Shown here: positions 1-7,638 of the stretch, piece by piece
How the letters are laid out: each line of letters opens with the position of its first letter
How positions within the stretch are numbered: the stretch's first letter is position 1
NCBI GenBank assembly: GCA_965648905.1
Contig: CBFGIT010000043.1
Span: forward strand, 1 to 20,079
Length of the DNA stretch: 20,079 nucleotides
DNA from: a candidate division WOR-3 bacterium
GTDB lineage: Bacteria; Hydrothermota; Tepidihabitantia; Tepidihabitantales; Tepidihabitantaceae
Direction: 5' to 3'
Made by a program: the position numbers and the translations under genes
The notes under the pieces: model-generated
Seen by the model: only the letters and a program-made list of their open reading frames with translations
Database searches by the model: none
Told to the model about the DNA's origin: nothing

Positions 1-129
1 TTTGTTGGCGGACTGCTGACTGCGCTCTTCTTGCTGCCGGTGTACGGCGTTCTCTGGACCGGCGCACTGGTCGGGGCAGCCAAGCTGGCAAGCCTGCTCG
101 TGCAGGTCATCCCGAACCGGTTGAATTGA
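1..129 (+). CDS. C-terminal end of a membrane protein (5' truncated), resembling the tail of spermidine-synthase-like membrane fusion proteins
   Basis: Frame 1 is open from base 1: FVGGLLTALFLLPVYGVLWTGALVGAAKLASLLVQVIPNRLN, stop TGA 127-129, two hydrophobic helices. The family call rests on recalled motif resemblance only. Confidence 0.6.
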   Translation, partial: FVGGLLTALFLLPVYGVLWTGALVGAAKLASLLVQVIPNRLN

Positions 130-154
130 CATCAGGGCCGGCTGTTCCTAGAAT
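126..154 (+). promoter_or_regulatory. sigma70-type promoter TTGACA-N17-TAGAAT
   Basis: TTGACA 126-131, 17-nt spacer, TAGAAT 149-154; the GTG start follows at 160. Confidence 0.75.
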
Positions 155-159
155 GGCGC

Positions 160-1470
160 GTGTTTAGACGATTCCTAGTAATTCTTGCGCTCGGGCTGGG
201 CCTGAGCGCGGTTGCCCAGGAGGGCGCGGTTTCGACCGGGATAGCCCCGGGTGCGGTCATGGCGCCTTCTGCCGCCAGCGTCCTTGGACTGGGTGTCTCG
301 CCGGTCGCTTCGCTGGTGGGCGTTGAGAGCCCGATTATTTCCGAAGAGTACGTCCTGATGCCCGGTGACAAACTGATGGTGACGGTGACCGGCTCGGTTA
401 CATACTCCTACGACGCCTGGATTACGTACGAGGGCAAGCTGTTTGTCACGATTCCCAACGTCGGCATCGCCGACGCCATCACACTCAGTGGACTGACGCT
501 GAAGGATGCCCAGGATACGCTGTCAGCAGCGATCGGGCGTTACTTCCGCAAAGTGAAGGTAAAACTGACACTGACCGGCCTGCGTTCGGGAATTGTGTTT
601 CTGACCGGTGAGATTGAGTACCCCGGAGCATACAATGCGTCGCCGGTCGAACGCGTTTCGCAGATTATTGCCCGGGCCGGCGGGGTGTCGCCGCTTGGGT
701 CCCGGACTAACATCAAGCTCATCCGCAACGGCGTGGTCCATTCAATTGTCGACATCGAGCGGTTCGAGAACAAAGGAGACCTGCTCGCAAACCCGTTTGT
801 CGAGTCGGGTGACATCATTCAGATACCTCCGGTCGAGGGTCTGGTTACGGTCAAAGGAGCAATCTTCGGCCGCGGCCAGTATCGACTGCGAACATCGGCG
901 CTCACGACTGAGAAGGAACGGGTCAGCGAGGGAATCTACGAACTGAAGGCCGGTGACCGGGTGTCGGACATCATCAGCAAGGCGGGCGGCATTACGCCCT
1001 GGGCTGACATCACCAACGCCTATGTTGAACGACTGGTCGTGGGCGGCGATGGAACACGCAAGCGGATTCGGCTTGACCTGCGCGGCATCCTGTTTGAGGC
1101 CGACACGCTGAACGACCTGGCACTGATGAATGACGACGTGCTCGTTGTTCCGCCGATTAATACCCAGGTCTACGTTGAGGGCGAGGTGGCCCAGCCCGGC
1201 CCATACAACTTCACGCCCAATCAGCGGGCAAGCAACTACATCGGTCAGGCCGGCGGCCCGACAACCTACGCCCACCTGCCCGGAGGAGTCTTAATTCGGA
1301 ACGGCCGGCGTCAGTCACTGCGGTCCGACCCGGTCATTGAGCCCGGTGACATCGTCTTCGTGCCGCGCCAGGTTTTCAAGTGGTGGCAGGACTATGCGAC
1401 CATCATCAGCGCGGTCGGCATCCCGGTGGCCTCAATCATGATTTCGCTGGCAGCGTTGCAGCGGAACTAG
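160..1470 (+). CDS. SLBB-repeat polysaccharide biosynthesis/export protein (Wza/KpsD-like)
   Basis: 436 aa with a signal peptide. Poly_export-like EYVLMPGDKLMVTVTG...EGKLFVTIPNVG; repeated SLBB motifs (VFLTGEIEYPGAY...IARAGG, ISKAGG, VYVEGEVAQPGPY...IGQAGG; PGDIVFVP); C-terminal helix. Confidence 0.85.
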   Translation: MFRRFLVILALGLGLSAVAQEGAVSTGIAPGAVMAPSAASVLGLGVSPVASLVGVESPIISEEYVLMPGDKLMVTVTGSVTYSYDAWITYEGKLFVTIPNVGIADAITLSGLTLKDAQDTLSAAIGRYFRKVKVKLTLTGLRSGIVFLTGEIEYPGAYNASPVERVSQIIARAGGVSPLGSRTNIKLIRNGVVHSIVDIERFENKGDLLANPFVESGDIIQIPPVEGLVTVKGAIFGRGQYRLRTSALTTEKERVSEGIYELKAGDRVSDIISKAGGITPWADITNAYVERLVVGGDGTRKRIRLDLRGILFEADTLNDLALMNDDVLVVPPINTQVYVEGEVAQPGPYNFTPNQRASNYIGQAGGPTTYAHLPGGVLIRNGRRQSLRSDPVIEPGDIVFVPRQVFKWWQDYATIISAVGIPVASIMISLAALQRN

Positions 1471-1479
1471 TTCACCGGT

Positions 1480-1923
1480 TCAACAGCCGCGCACGCCGCA
1501 GGCGAGTTTCCGGACGCGCCGGCGATGGCGACCGCCGGCAAAAGGGGTGCTGAGCCAGACCGCAAGTATCTGCTCGGCCCGGCGCACCGAAACCAGGTCC
1601 GCCCCAAGGCAGAGGACGTTCGCGTCGTTGTGCTCCCTCGACATCCGGGCCATGTGTGCGTCCAGGCACAGGGCGGCCCGGACTCTAGGTACGCGATTGG
1701 CCGCGATTGACATGCCGATGCCGGTGGAGCAAATCAGGACACCGCGCGCGGCCCGGCGCTGCTCAACTGCGCGGGCAACGGCGAACGCGTGGTCCGGATA
1801 GTCGGTCCGGTCCGGGGAATGACAACCCAGGTCGACAATTGAGTGGCCCTGGCGTCGGAGCAGGGCCTTGAGCTTCTCCTTCAGGAGAAAACCGCGGTGG
1901 TCGGCGCCGAGCGCGACCCTCAC
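1480..1923 (-). CDS. rpiB: ribose-5-phosphate isomerase B
   Basis: [37 protein letters not shown] and [10 protein letters not shown] motifs; 4-bp overlap with the ilvE stop. Confidence 0.95.
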   Translation of the reverse strand: MRVALGADHRGFLLKEKLKALLRRQGHSIVDLGCHSPDRTDYPDHAFAVARAVEQRRAARGVLICSTGIGMSIAANRVPRVRAALCLDAHMARMSREHNDANVLCLGADLVSVRRAEQILAVWLSTPFAGGRHRRRVRKLACGVRGC

Positions 1924-2849
1924 TTGACAAACGTCAGCCAGTTGTGACGGTCCGGGCTCTTGCCGTCAATCACCGCGAAGAACTCCTGCTGGAGTCGTTT
2001 GGTGACCGGGCCGCACCGACCCTCACCGATTTTCACCTTGTCGACCGACCGGATCGGCGTGACCTCGGCTGCGCTGCCGGTGAAGAAGACCTCGTCGGCG
2101 ATGTAGAGCATCTCGCGCAGCATCATGCATTCTCTCACCTCAAAGCCCGCGTCGCGCGCCAACTGAATAATGGTCGCCCGCGTGATGCCCGGCAGAATCG
2201 TCGCGTGCAGGGGTGGTGTGTGAATGACACCGTCCTTGACCACGAACAGGTTTTCACCCGAACCCTCGCTGAGGAATCCGTAGACATCAAGCGCGATGCC
2301 CTCGACAAAGCCGTAGGTAATCGCCTCCATCTTGATGAGCTGGGAGTTCATGTAGTTGGCGCAGGTCTTGGACATGGCCGGGAAGGTGTTCGGCGCCATC
2401 CGGTTCCAGGATGAAACCATCACGTCAACACCTTGCTCCAGTGCCTCGGGTCCCAGGTACTTGCCCCAGTACCAGGTAATCAGAGCAACGTCAACCGGAC
2501 AGGTGAACGGATTGACCCCGAGCTCTTTGTAGCCCCGGTAGACGATCGGCCGGATGTAGCACTCTTCGAGACCGTTCTTCCGGATGAGCTCAATCATGGC
2601 CGTGTTCACCTGGTCCTTCGTGAACGGGATGTCCATCCGGTAGATTTTCGCCGAGTTGAACAGCCGGTCGGTATGTTCCTTCATCCGGAAAATGGCCGGG
2701 CCTTTGGGCGTCTTGTAGCAGCGGATGCCCTCGAACACGCCTGTGCCGTAGTGAATGACGTGCGAGCAGATGTGAATCTTCGCCTCATCCCAGGGAACGT
2801 ACTTACCGTTCATCCAGATGAATTGTGACTTGGTTTCTTCTAGACCCAT
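1920..2849 (-). CDS. ilvE: branched-chain amino acid aminotransferase (class IV PLP)
   Basis: [19 protein letters not shown] in [38 protein letters not shown]. Start placed at ATG 2849 behind an AAGGAGG RBS. Confidence 0.95.
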   Translation of the reverse strand: MGLEETKSQFIWMNGKYVPWDEAKIHICSHVIHYGTGVFEGIRCYKTPKGPAIFRMKEHTDRLFNSAKIYRMDIPFTKDQVNTAMIELIRKNGLEECYIRPIVYRGYKELGVNPFTCPVDVALITWYWGKYLGPEALEQGVDVMVSSWNRMAPNTFPAMSKTCANYMNSQLIKMEAITYGFVEGIALDVYGFLSEGSGENLFVVKDGVIHTPPLHATILPGITRATIIQLARDAGFEVRECMMLREMLYIADEVFFTGSAAEVTPIRSVDKVKIGEGRCGPVTKRLQQEFFAVIDGKSPDRHNWLTFVK

Positions 2850-2864
2850 TAGGCCTCCTTGTCT

Positions 2865-2890
2865 AAACAAAACGGGGCAGCCCGCCCCGC
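2865..2890 (-). terminator. intrinsic terminator-like hairpin between the tRNA and ilvE
   Basis: Minus strand GCGGGGC-GGGCT-GCCCCGT followed by TTTGTTT. Confidence 0.6.
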
Positions 2891-2941
2891 GGCTTAGAGG
2901 AATTGCAGAAGATCAATCGGTTCTTCACGATGCCTGTCGGA

Positions 2942-3014
2942 TGCCGGCGAAGGGAATCGAACCCCTGACACGTGGATTATGATTCCACTGCTCTGCCATC
3001 TGAGCTACGCCGGC
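2942..3014 (-). tRNA. tRNA with CAT anticodon, probably elongator tRNA-Met (Ile2 not excluded); CCA not encoded
   Basis: Reverse complement GCCGGCG-TA-GCTC-AGATGGCA-GAGC-A-GTGGA-ATCATAA-TCCAC-GTGTC-AGGGG-TTCGATT-CCCTT-CGCCGGC-A folds into a full cloverleaf. The 1:72 pair is formed and the anticodon stem lacks three G-C pairs, so it is not an initiator. Confidence 0.95.
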
Positions 3015-3022
3015 GCGCTGTC

Positions 3023-3050
3023 ATTCTAGCCGCCAGCACGCTTCTGTCAA
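3023..3050 (-). promoter_or_regulatory. sigma70-type promoter of the tRNA, TTGACA-N16-TAGAAT
   Basis: tgtcaa 3045-3050 and attcta 3023-3028 on the plus strand; the -10 lies 8 nt upstream of the tRNA 5' end. Confidence 0.75.
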
Positions 3051-3139
3051 ACCGCGCTGAATCTTCCACGTCGGAGCTTCTGCCTCGACGAACACGTTGC
3101 CGGGAATTCGGGCTCGGGCACAGCAGAAGGCAGCGCCGG

Positions 3140-6100
3140 CTACTGATAGATGACGAGTCTCTGCGTCGCAGTGCGGCCGCCTGCGGTCAGACGGAGAGTA
3201 TAGACTCCGGCGCTCAAGTCGCGCAGGTCAAGCAGCAATGACGAATTCCCAATGACGAATGACAAATGCCGGACGCAGCGACCCGAGACATCGAGGACGC
3301 TGACCTTCACTGGGCCGCTCGGCCAACGGGTCGCTTGACCGCTCAGTCTGATTGTTACGAGGCCGGCGCGGAACATGCTAGGCCGGACGGTCAACACTGG
3401 ATGGCCGGTCGCAAGCGGGGAAGCGGAGACTCCCGAACTGCCAACTGCAGACCGGCAACCGGCAACTGCCGCCGGCACGTACTGCCAGAACTCGAGGGTC
3501 TTGTTGCCTTTGAGCGCATAGATGAAGTCTGCGTCTGCCGTCAGGTCTCCGCCCGCCTTGACTTTCTTCTTCTTGAGTGAGGAGCCGAACTGGGGGATGG
3601 TTTCGTACTCGTGCCAGGAGTCGCCGGCAGGGAAGTAACGCCAGAACTCCTGGGTGTTACCGCCTTTGAGCGCGTAGATTGAGCCGGCCAGCCAGGCCGC
3701 GCAGCCACCGTCTTTGGACTTTTTCGGCCGGCCCATCATGCCGAGGTAAGGCATGCCGGCGAGAGCGCCACTCCAGGTCTGACTAATCGGGTCATAGGCG
3801 TGAAAGCCGTGATACTTGGCCTGATGTGCGTAGAGCAGAGGTCCGGGCTCTTCCCCAAGAACAAGCCACGAGCCGCGGTCGTACTTTGCGGCCGGCGCAG
3901 AGGGCAGCGGCCGCCAGGAGTCACGTGCCACGTCGTAGCAGTAGAATTCGTTCTTGAATCCTTTGAGCAGGTAGACCTGGCCGGAGGTGAGGTGGTCGAG
4001 CACGCTGGGGACAAACACCAGGTCGGTCCCGCCTTTCACTTTCTTGCCCGAAAGCCCGAGCGGAACCGGCGCCAGTCGATACCATGAGTCCTTGGCCGCG
4101 ACGTATCGGTAGAAGCCGTCGGTGTTGTTCCCCTTGGTGGCATAGATCACGCCTGAGCCGTCGGCGCAACCGGCCGCGCCTTTGCTCGGTTTTTTCCCCT
4201 CAGTGCCGTCAGGAATCGGCGCAAGTGCACGCCAGGAATCGCCGGTAAGGCTGTAAGCATAGAAGTCCGGGGTCTTGTTGCCTTTGGCCGCGTAGATGCG
4301 ACCGGTGCCATGGTCATAGCTGAGCCAGCCGCCATCCTTGACTGCTCGATTTGAGCTGGGCAAAGGCATTGACGCCCGCTCGCGCCAGCCCGGGTCAGGC
4401 CGGGACCTGGCGGTGATGACAAAGGTGTCGGCAGCAACATCGTTAGCACGGTTCTGGTCGTTATCGAGATAGGTCGAGCAGCGGGTTGCGTAGCCGCCCG
4501 GCAGGTGCGGCTTGGCCCAGACGTGGAACGTCACCAGCAGGGATTCACCCGACGCAAGTCCGGTGACAACAAGCGAATCTGAGTAGACCATACCAGTGCT
4601 GCCGAAGATGCGGAACCAGGTTCGGAAAGTCGCAGAACCAGCACCAAGATTCTCGACCAGAGCCTGAGGTACGACCGTGGCTGACGAGTCAATCCGGCCA
4701 AGCGGCGCAGCAATCCGGCGGCAGGCAACGTCCACGTTGCGCACCGTGAACAGGCTACTCATGGTATCGTTGACGCGCTGCATGTCGTTAGCAAGAAAGA
4801 CCGAGCAGCGGGCCAGGTAATCGCCGGGCGAGCCAATCCAGGTTTGAAAGCTCAAGACCGTATCAGACTCAGGAAGACCATTGGTAAGTGCCAGGCTGTC
4901 ACGATAGGCTGGCGTCGAGTTGATGGTGAAGAACACCCTGACCGGCTCGCGCAAATTGCCAAAGTTGCGCACCTGCGCGCGGGGCGTGACCGGGCCGGGC
5001 GGAACCGCGCCAGTTGGGCTGATGATATCGGTTACACCGCAGTCATGGACTGCAACAAAGACCGTGCCGGACTTGGCATCGTTTGCCGGCCGCACGTCGC
5101 CGGTCAGGCGGGTTGAGCACCGGGTAACAAACGAGCCGCGCCGGGTTGCAGTCCAGGGCGGGAAGTTGAAGTTGATGGTTCCACCTGGGCCAAGGCCGCC
5201 GACCGTGCGTGTGTCATCGTGACCATCGCTGATGGTGAATCTAACATCAAACGTCACAGTCGTGTTGCCGTTGTTGCGCAGGGTCGCGCCGGGCGCGACG
5301 CTTGTGCCTGAGTCGACCGTGCCGGTCGGAGCAAGCAGGGCGACGCATTCGACGTCGAGCACCCGGACGAACCCTGAGTCGGTGACAACGTTGTTGGCGG
5401 GCACGAGGTCGCCTGTGGTCCGCAGGGTGCAGCCTGAGTAGAACGTGCCGGGCTGGGTTGCGGTCCAGAGGGCAAAGTTCACCGTGTCGGTGACCCCGGG
5501 CAGGATATTGGTGCGGACCTGCTGGTTCAGGTAACCGCCGCTCACGACCAAGCGGAGCGTGCACGTGACCGGCAGGTTGCTGTTGTTGCGCCACACAACG
5601 CGCGGTGTCACCGTTGCTCCGGAGTCGACCATGCCCCGCGGTGCGAGCAGGGCGAGTGCCTGGACATCGAGCACGCGAACAAACACCGAGCCGGTGAGAG
5701 TGTCGTTGGTTCGGACCATGTCGCCCGACAGGTCGGTGATGCAGCGCTTGGTCTGGCTGCCGCGCGGCGCAGCGGTCCAGGGTGGGAAGAATGTGTCCCG
5801 GGTGGCACCGGGCCCGAGGTTGTTGACCACGACCGCCTGGACGTACGAGCCGCCCAGAAGCATCCGCGTGATGACCGATGAAACCGTGGTGTTGCCGTTG
5901 TTCCGTATGCGGACGCTCGGAACAACCGTAGTCCCTGAATCAACCGTGTCGGCGGGCGCAAAGATCGCCCAAGGCTGAACGTCGAGCACCCGGACGAACA
6001 CCGAATCGATGCGGCGGTTGTTCCCCGGTACTTCATCTCCACTCAGCTCGGTTGTGCAGACCACGGCGAATGTGCCACGCTGACTGGCGGTCCAGGCCGG

Positions 6101-7498
6101 AAATGTTGCATAGGCCCGCGTGCCCGGAGCGTGATTCGTCACCGATGCGGTGTAGTTGTAGCCGATGCCGATGCGCAAGCGCACGGTGTAGGTTTCGGTG
6201 TTTGTGCCCCAGTTGTAGAGCGAGCAGGCTGGAGTCACGACCGAGCCCGAGTCCAGAGTTCCGACCGGGGTGAGTATCCGGGTCGGGCCAACGTCGTGAG
6301 CGACTACAGTCGGCACCCGGCGCCGGAAGAAGACATCCGGGTTCGCGCTCGAGTAACGATGGTCGGTCCAGAGCACGCCGAGCGTATCTGGGCCGGCGAT
6401 AGAGATTGACGGCCGCTGGGACATGCCGGTTGCCGTATCAATCTGGGTTGCCGAACTCCAGGTGACGCCGCCGTCGGTCGAGGAGCGGTGAAATATCTCG
6501 TAGTTGCCGGTCACGTCGTCCTCGTAGGCCACGTGGAGCACGTTGGTCGGGCTGGCAACGATGCTGGGCGCTTCCTGGGAGCTGGACCCGGACGCGACCA
6601 GGACCGTGTCGCGCCAGGTCCGGCCGGTGTCGGTTGAACGGCAGGCACGGACGTCGAAGTTGCCGCTCCGGTCATCGTACCAGACGAGAGTTGCATTCGC
6701 CCCGCGCAGGGCCACTGAGCTGATGTCCGAGCGGTAAGTCCCGACCGCGATCGGGACCGGGCTTGAGAAGTTGGCACCGGCGTTGATGCTGCGGCAGGCC
6801 CAGATGTCCCAGTTTGAGCCGGAGCTGTCTGAGAACGACACGACCACGCCTACACCGTCCGCGGCAACCGAAGCCGTGGCCGGCATATTTGTGGCAAGAG
6901 CCCGCCAGACGCTTTCCCATGTCGTGCCGTTGTCGGTTGAGCGGCGGTGATAGAGCACGTCGGCCCCATTGTCCCAGACGATATGCACGGCCGGGCCGCC
7001 GAGCGCGATTGCGGGCAGTTCGGCCAGGTCCTCGGTGACCTGGGAGATGAGCACCGAGCTGCCCCAGGAGTTGCCGGCGTCAGTGGAGCGGCGATACCTT
7101 ATCTGGAAGGTGTTGTTTGATTCCATGTACTGAAGAAAGGTGACGTGCAGGGTGTCGTTGCGGAACGCGAGCGCCGGGAACATGCCGATATGGATGAGCG
7201 AACCGCCGAATGAGAGCAGGGTCCGCGACCAGGTCGCGCCGGCATTTGTGGAACGGGCGTAATAGACCCGGCAGTCGAGCGAACTGCCTTCATGGTAGAC
7301 CGCGTGAATCGTATCGCGCCGAATCGCGACGGTACGGACGTTTCCGGCTGAGGTCATGTCCGGGATGCTGGTGTTACTTGTGACGCGGCGTTCCGGCTCC
7401 CAGGGCTGGCCAGCGGCCGGAACCGCGGCGAGAAGCAATAGAACGATTGTCGGCGCCCCAAAGACTCGGGCACGAAACGTAATACGGCTGCTGTTCAT
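3140..7498 (-). CDS. large secreted protein: Asp-box/BNR beta-propeller, 6 CARDB/Ig-like repeats, Kelch-like propeller, T9SS-type-A-like CTD
   Basis: 1452 aa; AAGGAGG RBS; signal peptide. Six Asp boxes (STNAGATW, STDAGNSW, STDNGTTW, SINAGANF, STDTGRTW, STDGGVTW); six ~105-aa repeats starting (H/L/V)D(V/C); six YxxKG..F..Y-type blades; C-terminus VLDVSGRCV...LSAGVYTLRL...TQRLVI. Confidence 0.85.
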   Translation of the reverse strand: MNSSRITFRARVFGAPTIVLLLLAAVPAAGQPWEPERRVTSNTSIPDMTSAGNVRTVAIRRDTIHAVYHEGSSLDCRVYYARSTNAGATWSRTLLSFGGSLIHIGMFPALAFRNDTLHVTFLQYMESNNTFQIRYRRSTDAGNSWGSSVLISQVTEDLAELPAIALGGPAVHIVWDNGADVLYHRRSTDNGTTWESVWRALATNMPATASVAADGVGVVVSFSDSSGSNWDIWACRSINAGANFSSPVPIAVGTYRSDISSVALRGANATLVWYDDRSGNFDVRACRSTDTGRTWRDTVLVASGSSSQEAPSIVASPTNVLHVAYEDDVTGNYEIFHRSSTDGGVTWSSATQIDTATGMSQRPSISIAGPDTLGVLWTDHRYSSANPDVFFRRRVPTVVAHDVGPTRILTPVGTLDSGSVVTPACSLYNWGTNTETYTVRLRIGIGYNYTASVTNHAPGTRAYATFPAWTASQRGTFAVVCTTELSGDEVPGNNRRIDSVFVRVLDVQPWAIFAPADTVDSGTTVVPSVRIRNNGNTTVSSVITRMLLGGSYVQAVVVNNLGPGATRDTFFPPWTAAPRGSQTKRCITDLSGDMVRTNDTLTGSVFVRVLDVQALALLAPRGMVDSGATVTPRVVWRNNSNLPVTCTLRLVVSGGYLNQQVRTNILPGVTDTVNFALWTATQPGTFYSGCTLRTTGDLVPANNVVTDSGFVRVLDVECVALLAPTGTVDSGTSVAPGATLRNNGNTTVTFDVRFTISDGHDDTRTVGGLGPGGTINFNFPPWTATRRGSFVTRCSTRLTGDVRPANDAKSGTVFVAVHDCGVTDIISPTGAVPPGPVTPRAQVRNFGNLREPVRVFFTINSTPAYRDSLALTNGLPESDTVLSFQTWIGSPGDYLARCSVFLANDMQRVNDTMSSLFTVRNVDVACRRIAAPLGRIDSSATVVPQALVENLGAGSATFRTWFRIFGSTGMVYSDSLVVTGLASGESLLVTFHVWAKPHLPGGYATRCSTYLDNDQNRANDVAADTFVITARSRPDPGWRERASMPLPSSNRAVKDGGWLSYDHGTGRIYAAKGNKTPDFYAYSLTGDSWRALAPIPDGTEGKKPSKGAAGCADGSGVIYATKGNNTDGFYRYVAAKDSWYRLAPVPLGLSGKKVKGGTDLVFVPSVLDHLTSGQVYLLKGFKNEFYCYDVARDSWRPLPSAPAAKYDRGSWLVLGEEPGPLLYAHQAKYHGFHAYDPISQTWSGALAGMPYLGMMGRPKKSKDGGCAAWLAGSIYALKGGNTQEFWRYFPAGDSWHEYETIPQFGSSLKKKKVKAGGDLTADADFIYALKGNKTLEFWQYVPAAVAGCRSAVGSSGVSASPLATGHPVLTVRPSMFRAGLVTIRLSGQATRWPSGPVKVSVLDVSGRCVRHLSFVIGNSSLLLDLRDLSAGVYTLRLTAGGRTATQRLVIYQ
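3220..3321. repeat. 102-bp exact direct repeat, copy 1 (CTD coding region)
   Basis: Identical to 7716-7817 by direct comparison. Confidence 0.9.
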
Positions 7499-7595
7499 CT
7501 TGCCTCCTTGACTGCGTTATCAGGCTGCGAGTGCGACGAGACTTAGCCGACAGCGGCATCTGCGTCGGTTCGCAGTGACCGACGCACGGTAACTC

Positions 7596-7623
7596 AGTAT
7601 AGACGGCTGGCGGACAGAGTCAA
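7596..7623 (-). promoter_or_regulatory. sigma70-type promoter TTGACT-N16-TATACT for the 1452-aa gene
   Basis: agtcaa 7618-7623 and agtata 7596-7601 on the plus strand; followed by a 9-bp-stem hairpin (7561-7586) in the leader. Confidence 0.65.
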
Positions 7624-7638
7624 CCGTCCGGCCGGCGA

